A stretch of DNA of 64,000 nucleotides from Perna viridis (lineage: Eukaryota): positions 45,115,195-45,179,194 of the forward strand of contig CM074513.1 in assembly GCA_037379345.1 (NCBI GenBank), given 5' to 3'. Below the pieces are notes generated by a model. That model ran no database searches. It saw only the letters and a list, made by a program, of their open reading frames with translations, and had not been told where the DNA came from. A program made the position numbers and the translations under genes. This document shows, piece by piece, positions 12,467 through 25,200 of this stretch (position 1 is its first letter; each line of letters opens with the position of its first letter).

Positions 12467-12990
12467 TTTGTTTTTGTTTGTTGTTTGTTGGGGTTTAACG
12501 TCCGAGCAGCAATATTTCAGCTATATTCAGACGATGTACATGAAATGGATGATAAAATGAACATTAAATGATGATGAAATGAAAAAAGGGATGGGACACA
12601 AGGATAATGGGGTCGACAAATTTTGATTGCCACTGGAAATAGGGAGAAGTGGGTAGGGTCGGGCAATTTAGTCTCCTGTGGCAGAGCCCTATGGTTCCTA
12701 CTCCGGGAGAATACCACAGTAGGGTTCTTTAACGTGTGAGGAACGTGGCATCTTTCCCAACACGGTGCACCACTATGGTTTGCGGTCAGGTTTTCCGTAT
12801 TATAGCCTGACAACCCCAGCATGTAACACACCAGGGGTACCCCATTCCACCACCTGGGGCACACAACCCAGTTGCTCTGTGGGCAGAGCGCCCTAGCCCC
12901 CGGCTAAGGTTCTGAGCACTATTTAGTCGCCTTTTACGACAAGCTTATTGCTGCAGGCCTATTCTTTTGACACCCGGACCTGCACAGGGC
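12467..12990 (-). mobile_element. Complete SINE-like non-autonomous retroelement (copy 2)
   Basis: 12-bp TSD CAAAACTTTGTA (12455-12466 and 12991-13002). Same 5' start (GCCCYGTGCAGGTCCGGG) and tail as copy 1, colinear along the full length. Confidence 0.92.
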
Positions 12991-13830
12991 CAAAACTTTG
13001 TAAGTTGGTAGACAGTTTGTAATGGTAAACACTTAACACTGAGATATAAAACTGTAATGTTATTCTTTATCAATGAATGTGAACGATCTTACTATTCTAC
13101 TGCATGTGGGAAAAAGCCGACTTAGGAAAACTTTAAATGACTCAATTATTACATTGTACAACATTTAAATGAATAATCATCTAATGAAACACTTCAATAA
13201 CCTGTCCAATATAGTATCAAAGTAACTTTCATGTTAAGTGTGAAATCTTAATATTATTCAATTTAATAGATAAGCCGCTTATCTTTCCATTTGTAGCTTT
13301 TAGCTGTCCCAGTGATAATATTGATACTTCCTTTTTAAATTATGGGAATTAACGTATATTGAGGAAAATACATTAAAAACTAATTTACATATTTTCTTAT
13401 GTAGGCATGTAATTAAGTTCGGTTTTATCTAAAAGTAATATTACGCGACTGAAAATAGTACACGTGACTTAACAATATAGACTCAAATAAAACGAAAGAT
13501 CAAATGTTGTCTTTTATCTAAGTTCTTGGTTTAATGTGTTCAATTGTCTTCCGAATGGAAGTTTAATTTCCCACACATATTCAATATATTATAACAATGT
13601 AAAGTGTGAAAAAGTTCTTTGGTGAACAAGTTATGCACTTTATCTGTATTTATAGAACTATGCTTTAATAGTTCTTATCATATTTTTTTTTATTTCATCC
13701 TTCCAGTTGTATTTCACTTAATCATATTTTGCACCTGTCAAGTACCGTAAATTTTATTTTATCGTATGAGTTTATATTATTCACATACTCTTACTAAGAG
13801 TGCATGATCATTTACTGGTATTGTAAATGC

Positions 13831-14305
13831 CATCAACTTCAGTAAATGACATACCTCGTCTGTTATTTGAGTATCATCAACCTCAGTAAAAGACATATCT
13901 CGTCTGTAATTTGAGTATCATCAACCTCGGTTAAAGACATATCTAGTCTGTAATTTGAGTAGCATCAACCTTAGTAAAAGACATATCACGTCTGTAATGT
14001 GAATATCATCAAACTCAGTAAAAGACATATCTTTTCTGTAATTTGGGTATCATCAACCTCAGTAAAAGACATATCTCGTCTGTAATTTGAGTAGCATCAA
14101 CCTCAGTTAAAGACATATCTCGCCTGTAATTTGAGTATCATCAACCTCGGTTAAAGACATATCTCGTCTGTAATTTGAGTATCACCAACCTCAGTTAAAA
14201 CATATCTAGTCTGTAATTTGAGTAGTATCAACCTCAGTAAAAGACATATTTTTTCTGTAATTTGAATGTCATCAACCTCAGTTAAAGACATACCTCGTCT
14301 ATAAT
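13831..14305. repeat. 44-bp minisatellite, ~11 copies
   Basis: Unit CATCAACCTCAGTAAAAGACATATCTCGTCTGTAATTTGAGTAT, head-to-tail with no spacers (starts at 13831, 13875 ... 14270). Confidence 0.95.
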
Positions 14306-15555
14306 CTAAATTTCTTATTCAAATGATTAATGTTTGTTTCATGGCCTTTTTTATTACCTTATTTTGTTTTTTCCTCGATCGTTGATAGTTGTATATTATA
14401 TATGTTTTTACCTTGCTTGTCTTTATTCTAATGAATCATCATTTTGAGTTAATAGAAAACATAGATTAATTCCTTGAAGATTTTGTATTGTGATATTAAC
14501 ACGATATTAGAAAATGGTTTAATGACGATGTGAATGAAAATGATCATATATCTGACTTTCTCTAAATCGTCACAATCTCAATACATTCAAAAATACATTG
14601 TTAAGCCATAACTCTGTCAGGTAATTCAATTAGATGATTGTCCACCATGAATACATTTCCAAGTCCGGTACGTATAGGTCCACAGGCGTAACAAATTCTC
14701 ATAGCAAATAGCTGTAGCAGTCAGGAATTTCAATTATTATTGGGAAAACAACACAAAGGTACATATTTTTCTATCCAATTAGTTGTTTATTTTTTACTTA
14801 AATAACTCGATCTTTGGGCGAAGGAGGAAAACGTCATGCCTAAGAAAACTTGTAACGCTACATAGAAAATGTTACATAATATCAGCCTATTATAAAGTAA
14901 TCTGCTGTAGATTAATGGTTCTAGTCATCTTGTAGAACCCAAAGTATTTATTTTTGTTATAATGTGCACCAGTCTGTTGACAAACACACCATTCATGCTT
15001 TATATACCGTATTCTTTTTTTTCAGTTATATACGTAAGTGTGTTTTACAACTTACGCTGTTCCTTGTGCATATTAGTATAGAACCTTATTTCATTTATAT
15101 AAAGTAAAGCTAACTGATGATTAACATTTGTTTCTTAAGGGTTTAAACTTAATATCAGTAATTTGATTTTCATATTTCCTCTGGTTATTATACCATCAAA
15201 CAATCAAGGGAATTGTTGTAGAAGGTTGTATCCAAACTCCAAACAAACTTCAGTTAAGACTTATCAGGTTTTAAGTCTATCTGATTTTCTCGATGCCCAA
15301 AGTAGAAGCAAATCGTTCTCCATGACGTTTGCTTCGAACTTTATTCGCATTAAAGAGATAAGAATTCAGGAAACAGCGATGCTGTGTCCAATACATTATG
15401 ATTGACATGAATAAGATGAACCTTACTTTAAATACGTAAACACGTGCAGATATTGGAGTACATAGATGAAAGTTATCACCTTTGATTTATTTTGTTTTTT
15501 GTTTTGCGAATTGCACTTTGTCTGATGCCTTTATGTCCCGTTTTCCAAACTTCAC

Positions 15556-15801
15556 TCTTTCGTCTACCCTGGACTTGACTTTTATGAACAACTCGGTGGG
15601 TGTTTCAAGAGAACGCTTACCCTACCGGTGCCCATGGTAAATGCTCCCAGTTTTTAGTCGAGTCCGGGGTGCCCATATATTTTTGGTACTTTGTATGTAT
15701 TATTTTGGCTATTTTATGTACTTTGTTGTGTGTGTCCGTTCTTTGTCCTCAGGTTACATTCTTGTGATTTCCGCAAGAATCTTGGTTCCCTAGATTACTC
15801 T
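15556..15801 (+). mobile_element. Penelope-like (Naiad-type) 3' UTR fragment
   Basis: GTCTACCCTGGACTTGACTTTTATGAACAACTCGG...CTTACCCTACCGGTGC...CTTGGTTCCCTAGATTACTCT matches the 3' UTR of the other copies. Confidence 0.8.
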
Positions 15802-17256
15802 TCCTGTGTTTTGCTTCATAGTATTGCTTTTATTTCGTTTCAAAATTCTACAGTTACCATTATGCTTTTTGACGATCGAAATGGCCTTTTGTTTCCCCTA
15901 GTGATCACAAATTTACTTTATTTTAGAAAAATGTCGGAAATTTTTAGAAATACGGAGGGCACCCAGACTTCCCAGCATGTGAGGTACAAGTTTTTCGGTC
16001 TATGCTTTATTTACATCGTTTCTATTCTTTTCTATTCTTTAAATAGTCTTTGTTTCTTGACTTGTTATCTCTCTTATCGTAGCTACTTTTGTTTTTACCT
16101 CCACTGATTTTTATTAGTGCATTCAATTTATACAGAAGAGTGTCTTCAAGGATTCCTCATTTATTAATATGAACAATTTTGTCTGTTACAAAACTTGTTT
16201 TATTCAGTGAAATGTTTATTGTCTTGTTAAATTCACATTGTCATTTATTTTCAAATTTGTACGAAACGCCGAAACGTGTTTAAATCAAATCTAGTCATAA
16301 AATGCAAAATAAATATTGATATAGATAAATAAATACACAATGAAATGGATTCTTTGCAATACAATGTTTTTTTCACTCCTAAGCATGTATCAGACAGGTA
16401 AAAACCCTGGACAAATTACGAAAAAGACCAAAGTTCAACTCAGCAACCGTAACATCGTTCGAAATATTCAGGTCATCTGTGAAAAATGGCTAACCAAACA
16501 ATCCTGCTAAGTTAATGTTCGATCTACTGAGATTAACTTGAGGTGATCAACATGCCCATTGATCACTTCAGCGATGAAATAGTTTGCTTCTTTTCAAATA
16601 TTATTGATCATCGAAGTTTTAGATATATGTATCAACTTATAAACAAATTTTTATCACAATCGTCATCTCTCCCAAGGTTACAATTGGCATGACAAGAACT
16701 ATTTGTGTGTGTTTTTGTACAATGTGAGAAACGTCTAATGTATGTTAGTAAGGTTTCCCTAAATTGTTCAGACAAAAGCTCATCTGATATAAAACATCTG
16801 AATCCTTAATTCAGATGAAACACGTTGGCTATTGTCTTCTTATTTTCTATAATTTGTTTTTATTCTTTCTAAATTCTTCATTTGGTTTCCTTTAAATCTA
16901 TGTCATTGTCAATATCTTCCTTAACTTTGAATAGTGCGTCTTTATTTTTATCTTTATCTTACACAAGCTTTACATTAAGCTTGTACTATAGGAACACTAT
17001 ATGTATGCTTCCACGGTGTGTTTGAATATTCTTATACATTTTTATGTCATTTTATGTGTTTTATTTCGAAGCTTTATTTTTTTTATCTACTTTTATTCAT
17101 AGTTTTATCATTACCAAGTCCTCAAAGGAAATCGTGTGGCAGAAAAAAATATTTGGTTTGTTTTTAATAGGCAGTTAAGTTTTAAATATATATGAAAATA
17201 ATTCACAAAAAAATCACTGTCTCTACTGGTAAAGAGACAAAAGAGATAAAAACGAA

Positions 17257-17930
17257 AGAGTAATCAAGTGTACCAAGATTCTAGCGGAAATCAAAAGAAT
17301 GTAATCCAGGTACAAAGACCAGACATGGAAAACAGACACTCACAACAAAGAACATACTATAACCAAAATGATACATACAGAGTAACAAATGTAAATAGTA
17401 AATACGCAAATCGTACTTCACTAAAAACTGGAAACACGAACAAGATGCACCAGTGGGATAAGCGTCCTCTGTATTTCTAGAAACACCCTCAGAGCTGTTC
17501 ATAAAAAGTCAAGTACAGGGTAGACGAAAGATGACTTCAATCTTGTAACAACATAACCCTGTTCCAGAAGCCTAATTATTAGAATTCTAGCGCGATACAA
17601 AAAGTCTGCGTAGTTACGGCAAACTGTTGCAAAACGTACAAATTGTGATAAGAAAACTCTATACGCAGATGCTGAAGGGATATTGCCACACATAAAAGGT
17701 AAGTTGACAATACGGAATAAAAAGTCATCGCGTTTGTTGTACAACTTGGTCAATAGTCTTCCTTTCCCATCGATCTCTCATTGTAGGCCAAGATATGAGG
17801 CTGATTTCACAGGAACTGTAATATTCTTTATCTTAAGTTCTTTGGGGGTCGATGCTATGTATTAAATCCGCGAAAATAGAATTGTTTAACGATAATACGT
17901 CATCTATACAGCGGAAACTGAGATTAATAA
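17257..17930 (-). mobile_element. Penelope-like (Naiad-type) fragment: RT YIDD-to-thumb region plus 3' UTR, with deletions
   Basis: Minus-strand ORF 17499-17753 TKLYNKRDDFLFRIVNLPFMCGNIPSASAYRVFLSQFVRFA. YIDD-coding sequence near 17900. Shared 3' terminus at 17257. Confidence 0.85.
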
Positions 17931-18610
17931 ATCATAGATAGTCAAGTCCGGGGGAAAGGAAAGATGAAATGAAAAACTATGACACGTTGAACAAATCGGT
18001 TCTCATGGTGTAGATGGTTACATCGCAAAAAATATGTTTACGTAAGAAAGCTAGATGGAAAAACAATTATATTTGATAGTTTTTTTTTCCTTTTAAGAAA
18101 AGATGACATGTCTTACATTCCAGAAGTATAGCAGTATATTATGTATAGCATGAGATTTCATCCGCTTTTCGTGATCTTAAAAATACTTTCAAATTTTAAA
18201 TTATATACTATTTATAAAATGTATGAAGGTCTTTGTCAAAACTCGGCACTTTGGTAGATTGTTTCCGGAGCAGACACAACAGGACCGCCATAAGTAGGCA
18301 TCATTGTCATTTGCTGGCTGGCAATGAATAATTGAACTTAATATCAAAGTAGTATCTATGATATAATAACTGTACAACCATTGAAGATGATACGGGCGGA
18401 GAGAGAACTCACGATAATAAACAATTAAGAGAAACTACCATTTACATTGAAAAGAGACAAAATATAACAATTCATATAGTATATCACGATAACTTTGGGA
18501 ATGGCAGATTATTCAATTTGTACGAGCGTGTAAGTTACGGTCATAGTCTACATCAGTAAAATAATAAGCAAATGGAATTATTTAATTGCAATTGTTTTGG
18601 AGCGTTTTCA

Positions 18611-18814
18611 TTATTGTCGTCATCATAAACTCGTGGATAGTTATGATGTATCCATCTGCACCATGAAAACTGATGATACTCAAAAGTACAGACGAAATAT
18701 GTCATAGTTTTCTTTTCCTCTTTCGTCTACCCCTGACTTGACTATTCATAAGCAACTTGGCGGGTGTTTCTAGAAAAACAAAGGACTCTCACTCTACTGG
18801 TGCACCTGGTCCAT
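18611..18814 (+). mobile_element. Penelope-like (Naiad-type) fragment (ORF end plus part of 3' UTR)
   Basis: GTCGTCATCATAAACTCGTGGAT..TCCATCTGCACCATGAAAACTGAT..GCAACTTGGCGGGTGTTTCTAGAAAA..GGTGCACCTGGTCCAT. Confidence 0.8.
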
Positions 18815-19194
18815 TCATATGTGTTCCATTTGAATGATGGATTTTAGTTGTTCTTTTTTTTGGCTCTGCGATTTGGTCTTCGTCTTCTATTTTTTTATGT
18901 TATAAAATTCGGTTTACTCTTCTCTGTACCTTTTGGATTGGGTACTTATCTGTCTCATTGTCAAAAGGATAAGAATAATATCATTTCCTTGAAAAAAAGT
19001 TTTATTGTTTGGCATTAAAAGTCAATTTGTATGGTATATGTGGATAGGGAGTGAAATATTAGGACTGGGACTTTGAATTGAAGAATATAGAAATAGAATA
19101 GTAAGTATCTGTTTATTGCAAAATTATATTTAGCTTAATTACAAACAATGATTTGAATATTGACGAATTTCAAAATTTTAGTTCATGTTGTAAA

Positions 19195-19333
19195 AGAGTA
19201 ATCAAGGTAAACAAGGCCACAGCGGTAATCAAAAGAATGCAATCCAGGGACAAAGACCAGACATGGAAAACAGACACACACAACAAAAAAAATAAAGTAA
19301 CTAAAATCATACATACAAAGTAACAAAAGCAAG
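19195..19333 (-). mobile_element. Penelope-like (Naiad-type) extreme 3' tail
   Basis: Reverse complement matches GTCTGTTTTCCATGTCTGGTCTTTGTCCCTGGATTGCATTCTTTTGATTACCGCT..CTTGATTACTCT. Confidence 0.8.
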
Positions 19334-20502
19334 TTCATTTATGTAACTTGCATTTGGGAGTGAGCCATTTCTTTTGGGAGTGGGTAATAAGGTATTTGTA
19401 GATGTAAATTGGAAGTTTTTTCAAGAGCATTATCATTAAGAGTTCAAACCAATATATATATATAAAAAAAAATGAAAAATAAAAATTTAAACCCAGAATG
19501 AAATAGCATTTGGACAATGTTTATGATCATATTTATTATCATGAAGAGACTAATTTTGAGAGTATGAAGAGGTGCACCAAATTTTGCAAGCAATGTGTTA
19601 TTAAAGAATTACGTCATAAATTTGTTCTATGATTAACATTTACAAATTATTCATTATTCTGCGATATATACAAATATTCTAAGTTCAAATTAGATATCTT
19701 TTTTTTCTTTTTGTCGCTTCAAATTTAATCACACAAGTGTCTTTATGTTACTTATGTAATTTTTGGGGTAACCTCTGCGTTTCTCTTTTTTTAATCGGTT
19801 GATATAATATATTTCTATTGAGATATTCCAGAGTAGAAATTGGTTTAAGGCATTGTCATGATGGGTTAGACGTAATTAAGTTACGGGCAAGTCAGGCATT
19901 CATATCACTTTGATTAGGATAATGGTTCGATGTCTGAAATATAATGCAGCCTTACCATGATAAGTATTATGTGTGGATATACTAGACATCTTACTATCAA
20001 ATAGGAAATTGTATGAGATCCATCAAATGCCACTAAGTTTCAAAGAGATATCTCATCAACCCGTGTTATACAACGTCTTATTTGGTTTCGATTTACTACA
20101 AGTCTCTCTGTATTCAAATTCAATGGGTAAATGTATAAAACTATACTGATAACTATTTACTTTCCATTTGCTGTAGGTCTTTACATCTTTATACCGCAAA
20201 TGAATAATGAACAAATGTTTGAAAGCAATGGATGAAGTTCTAAAACTTTTAACAAAACTACGTTTTATTGCAATGTGGTTGTCTTAAATCAAATTTCTCG
20301 GGCTTCATCTTATTTTTGGAAAGAATCTGTCTTTATGTTTTATTACAACAATATGAGAGGATTTCTTGAGTTTTCTATGTTTTGCAATCTCATATTCTTG
20401 TATTCTTGATATATCATATTTTCATCTTTAATTTCGATATATTTTATTAACGTGGAATGTATAATTTGTTTTGGTTTACAAGGAAATCTGAACATATTTT
20501 TT

Positions 20503-20762
20503 ACTTTTTTATGAGCAACTCGGCGGGTGTTTCTAGAAAAGCAGAGGATCCTTACCCTACCGGTGCACCTGGTCCATGCTCCTAGTTTTTAGTGGAGTCC
20601 GAGTTGCTCATTGCTTTTGTTACGTATGTTTTGTTACGCTTTATGTATGATTTTAGTTACTTGATGTCCTTTGTTGTGTATGTCTGTTTTCCATGTCTAG
20701 TCTTTGTCCCTGGATTACATTCTTTTGATTACTGCTATAACCTTGGTTCCCTTGATTGCTCC
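20503..20762 (+). mobile_element. Penelope-like (Naiad-type) 3' UTR, well-preserved copy
   Basis: Perfect 13-bp inverted repeat ATGAGCAACTCGG (20511-20523) / CCGAGTTGCTCAT (20599-20611), followed by the shared tail. Confidence 0.85.
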
Positions 20763-21319
20763 TTGCATAATCGATACACATTCAGCCTTTTAAATAACTA
20801 TTTTGGTCTGAATTTTTATTGTCCATTTTCTGTCAAATGTTTTCTGTTTTTGTGAGAATATAGATTTAATCGTGTTTGAATAATTCTAATACTATGCGAT
20901 ATTCCCTGTTGGTCGTTTGGTGCTTTTTCTAGTTATGATTGGCACTTCCGTGTGCGTTCTTATCATTCATTAGCTATCTTCTGATAGAATTATGGCGTTA
21001 TTGCTGAAACATGTTAATTCTAGAATGATTGCTCGTTAGAAATGACGGAAATCAACGGTAATTGAATATCAGTAATAGCATTTGTCTTTAATAATTAGTC
21101 TGTTAATAAGTCAAAGAGTTTACAGATTGTATTCAGGTGATATTGGGTGATAGTTGGAATTAAGTTAATGTGTATATACGAGGTCGATATAATAAAAATA
21201 AAACAAAAAAATGTTCATATTCATAAACCAAATTACATGTAGATCTAAATAAAAATTTAGCTGAATGGCTTAATGTAAATTATGGCCTTAAACAATGGTG
21301 CATATTCTCATTTTATTAA

Positions 21320-21541
21320 GGAGGTAGACCTAGAGTAAGGGACATAACTAATGAAATTATAGATATGTTTGTATTATATTCATTTTTACCATATCCTCTC
21401 AAGCTTTCGTCTGAAGCAGAATAAAATGAATTCAAGTTAATTAGATTCATACATAAGATTGATGTAAAATGCTATCCGTAAGTGAATAGAAACGTACCAA
21501 TGATTTGTAAGAGTTGTGTCCTTTACCCTAAGTCTACCTCC
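21320..21541. mobile_element. 222-bp MITE with 30-bp TIRs and TTAA TSD (Kolobok-like)
   Basis: Left end GGAGGTAGACCTAGAGTAAGGGACATAACT vs reverse complement of right end GGAGGTAGACTTAGGGTAAAGGACACAACT (26/30). TTAA at 21316-21319 and 21542-21545. Purine-purine termini with a TTAA TSD fit Kolobok better than piggyBac. Confidence 0.85.
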
Positions 21542-21886
21542 TTAAATATTTTTTTTATAAATACCGGTAATTAAGTAAAATATGTGAAACATTTAAATAT
21601 TGGTGTTTCTGTTAATGATGGAAAAAAATATGACGGGTGTTCTTTTTGTCCAAAGGATGAAGTATTCCTTGCTGAAAATGAAAGTTTTTTTTATTTTTAT
21701 GGTAGAAGAAGAAAGTTCTTGTATTTAATTATTTAGTGTAAAACGCATTCTGTACCAAGATCTGTTAAATATGGTGATACAATGTAACTGTACATTAATA
21801 CGCATTGTATCACAGTACACTAATCTCGGCTTGTTGTTGACCGAATATATTCAAGCTATGAAGGAATGGCTAAAGATGTAGCTTAA

Positions 21887-21945
21887 GGAGGTAGACCTAG
21901 GATAAGGGATGCAATTCTTACAAATCATTGAAACGTTTATATTCA
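21887..21945 (-). mobile_element. Truncated second copy (one end) of the TTAA MITE
   Basis: TTAA|GGAGGTAGACCTAGGATAAGGGATGCAATTCTTACAAATCATTGAAACGTTT is the inverted homologue of 21483-21541. Confidence 0.8.
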
Positions 21946-21959
21946 GCATTTAAAAAACG

Positions 21960-22280
21960 TTCAGAGTTCGAGTTCCGTGGTCAATAATTTGTTTTCATCC
22001 GATTTTCTTTCATGCTTTTACCATACCGACTTCGGAACATTCTCGAACTTTTTTTCACACCTTTTATTACCCAAGCTGACAAAATTGCTGACGAGTTCGA
22101 GTTAGTGAGGGTTATTCCCTAAGATTTATTACCGAACGGACCGACTAGTCAGTTCGAGTGTTCGAGAAATCCAATGTTATTTACATTGATTATATAGGCG
22201 AAAATTTTGGTACTTTGAATTGTGTTCGAGAAATCCCGGGTGTTCGACCCATCTGAGTTCGAGCGAGTGAAGTTCGACTG
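21960..22280. mobile_element. Partial TTCGAG-rich MITE with Tc1/mariner-pogo-type terminus
   Basis: Many GTTCGAG motifs. Ends GAAGTTCGACTG|TA (TA|CAGTCGAAC on the minus strand). The matching other end was not found. Confidence 0.6.
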
Positions 22281-25200
22281 TAGTGTAGATTTCCTTGCAA
22301 TGTCCAATCTTCATTTTCCATTATTCAGATATGGAAGACCTCTAATCATTTTAACCTGTTCACAACCAGTCCAATGTCACAATCAGCACAAGATGTAAAC
22401 TGTGTAGTAAACGCTTAGTATACGAAAAAAAAACAAATTTTCAAGCTGCATTCAAAATTACGTTTATCATACATAAAGCATATTCGTGTTTCCGCTCGAG
22501 CAAGGTTGGCATTCTTCGTATGATATTGAGACAATCGATATTTCTAGTGAAGATTGAAATATATACTGTGTGATTGATGATAGGGTTATTCCATTGTTTA
22601 TACGAAATGTTCCAGTTATGTTATGTTTTAAAAATTATGTTTTAACTTTTGTTTTAAAAGAGTATGTAACGCTAATTAATGGCAGACCGACTCATGGTCA
22701 GCCAAACGTTTGGTTTTATTTCGATGGTTTAAGAACATCCAGTTTCTAAGTAAGCAGTAATATAAACAACCGAACTGATTTCATGGCTGTTTAACTAACG
22801 TTTATTTATTGCTTAAAGTGACCAGTGTTGTCCACCTATATTGTGTTTCTAAGGCAGTAAATAGACAGAGTTGACAATCGATTACAATAAGATTGAAGAG
22901 GGTTTTAATCTTGCATAAATATTTGCCATGAAAACTGACAACAGTTATTTATCCGATGGTTTGCTAGTTTTACATTCATCATAGACACTCTATCGGAAAT
23001 GGCACCATCGATTTGGTTTGATAATTGTCCTAACCTCATGATCGTCCATTTCAAGTATTTTCCGGTCATTGCTGATTCAAAAAGCCTAATGCTGTATTTT
23101 CAAACTAAAAATCAGGTTAGGTAAAACAAGTGATACCGATGACTGCCACCGTTATAAATCTAGAAACTTTTTACTACCAAGTGAGAACCCTTTTTGAAAA
23201 ATGTAAGATTGATAGCACCAGCGTGTCTTAAATTACTTTGTTTGACATAAATAATTAAGCATGCGTGGCTGTATCTCATGATTTTATTCGTCTATATGTG
23301 GTGATTGTGGATTTTTATTGTACAGAATGTCTAGGAATACTAAATTATTATAGTTTGTTGCATTAGTAATTCTGTAGAAAGCTTCAGTTAGAAGTGTGCA
23401 AATATAGATATTAGGACTTTCTGTAAATAATATGCTTTGTATACAAAAGATCAACTAACGAAATAAAGACACACTCTTTGGCAATTTTGTAAAAACACAT
23501 GTGTAATGGCCATATTGCCAGAAAATATATAGATATCTGTATTTTACCACTTACACCGCCACAAAATAGTCTTAATTACACTTTCTTTTTAATTTTGAAA
23601 TGCTTTTTTAGCTAACAAAATCGTAACGTGTAAATTATTCAAAAACTGTATGAATATCCAGCTAGTGCTCTCGTTTTTCTGAACCGTACTTTAATGGAAA
23701 AATACACTTGTTATAGCTGATGTCATTTAATTCAACAACTTCATGTTACCATACATGTTTTCTTTGTTATATTGCAGTTCAATACGTTGGGTGGCGATTC
23801 GCAATCATCGTGTATTATTGCAAATGCATGTATTATCGTCTACAACCAATTCATTATTTCAAGGAGGATTTGTCTTGCATGAATAAACTTAATCAAATTC
23901 ATGTTGCGATAATAAACCTTAAAAGTCATATCTTGAACAATAAACCATTTGTATGATATTCGTAAGGTATTTCATTGATATTAATTTGATGCATCGCAAA
24001 TAATCATCTGGAGAGTTTTAGGGCCCATAAATATGGGACCAAATGGTACCGATTAATAAAGTTATGCAACGAGGGAAGTTATTTATTAAAATTGGATAAC
24101 CTAGACCTTCGATTTAAGATATTTTTACATCACTTTTACATTTAAAAGGAAAGAATAGATTCATTAGTTTGATATTTTTCAGCTCGTATTCATTTTAATC
24201 TAAATCAAAGTTAATTCACCAATAATTTGATCGTCGTCAGTTGCAATGATCAACTAAAGCTTTGATCTGAAACAAAATGGTTTTACTCTGATTTAGTTAA
24301 GTAATAATGTAGTTCCATGGCTCTGGAAAATAGATGGTTGTTGATGTTTTCCAGAACTAGCTTTATAGGTTTTGAAAATAAAGATTATACATAATTATCT
24401 GATGAAAATAGTTGTTTTCTTCTACCTAATGTAATACATCCGTAACCTAGTTAATGAATAAATTTTCTTTTGTGCAATATTGTTTTAACACGTCTTTAAA
24501 AATAGTCTCTTTATGTTTCTTGGTGACGACTAGGACTGTGACAACTATTATAGACTTCCCTATCACATATTTACCAATATTTATATGATACAATAAGCAT
24601 ACATATACAGAAAAGAAGAACAAAGCCTGTACGTCAAAATCATATCGGTGTGGAACCTTTAATTGACCAAATTATATTCAGAGGATGACTAAATAAATAC
24701 CACTTGATTTCTATTGACAATTCGGGAATTTCAGTTTACCTTACTTTTGAAATGCAATTTTTAAATTGTCTCATGATTGTTCCTAAATATTAGTTTTCTT
24801 TCCTAAGTGTTTTGATTACATGACATGTGATACTAAAACAAAACTAAGAAACTTTTAAGACGTAAAATCATGTTTCAGACGAAGGCAAATTTTTTCTCTT
24901 TTTGTCCAAGAGTTGTTTGGGTGAATTTTAGGGTTCCAACTATTCGAGTCAATATACTACTATTGTTATGATTTATTGTTACTACCATTACAGTTTATAT
25001 TACCATTTCCTTATATTTCTCAAACAAAACATACCAGTAAAGGTTTGTTAGACGTGGAAAGTGTGTAGAAACTATGAAGCAGTTAATGAAATTGCATTGT
25101 ATGCACAACTACGTAAATACTATTGACAAAAATTGGCAAAAAATGCTTAGGTTAAGTACGACTACGTTTTATCTACTTAATTCTAATTATACGTACACTT

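Noticed and set aside
10033-12990. One 3-kb transposon with 500-bp TIRs
   Set aside because: Each arm has its own distinct TSD and a retro-type (AAAC)n tail, so these are two independent insertions.
13831-14305. CRISPR-like array
   Set aside because: Units are contiguous with no unique spacers, there are no cas genes, and the context is eukaryotic. The same applies to 50261-50402.
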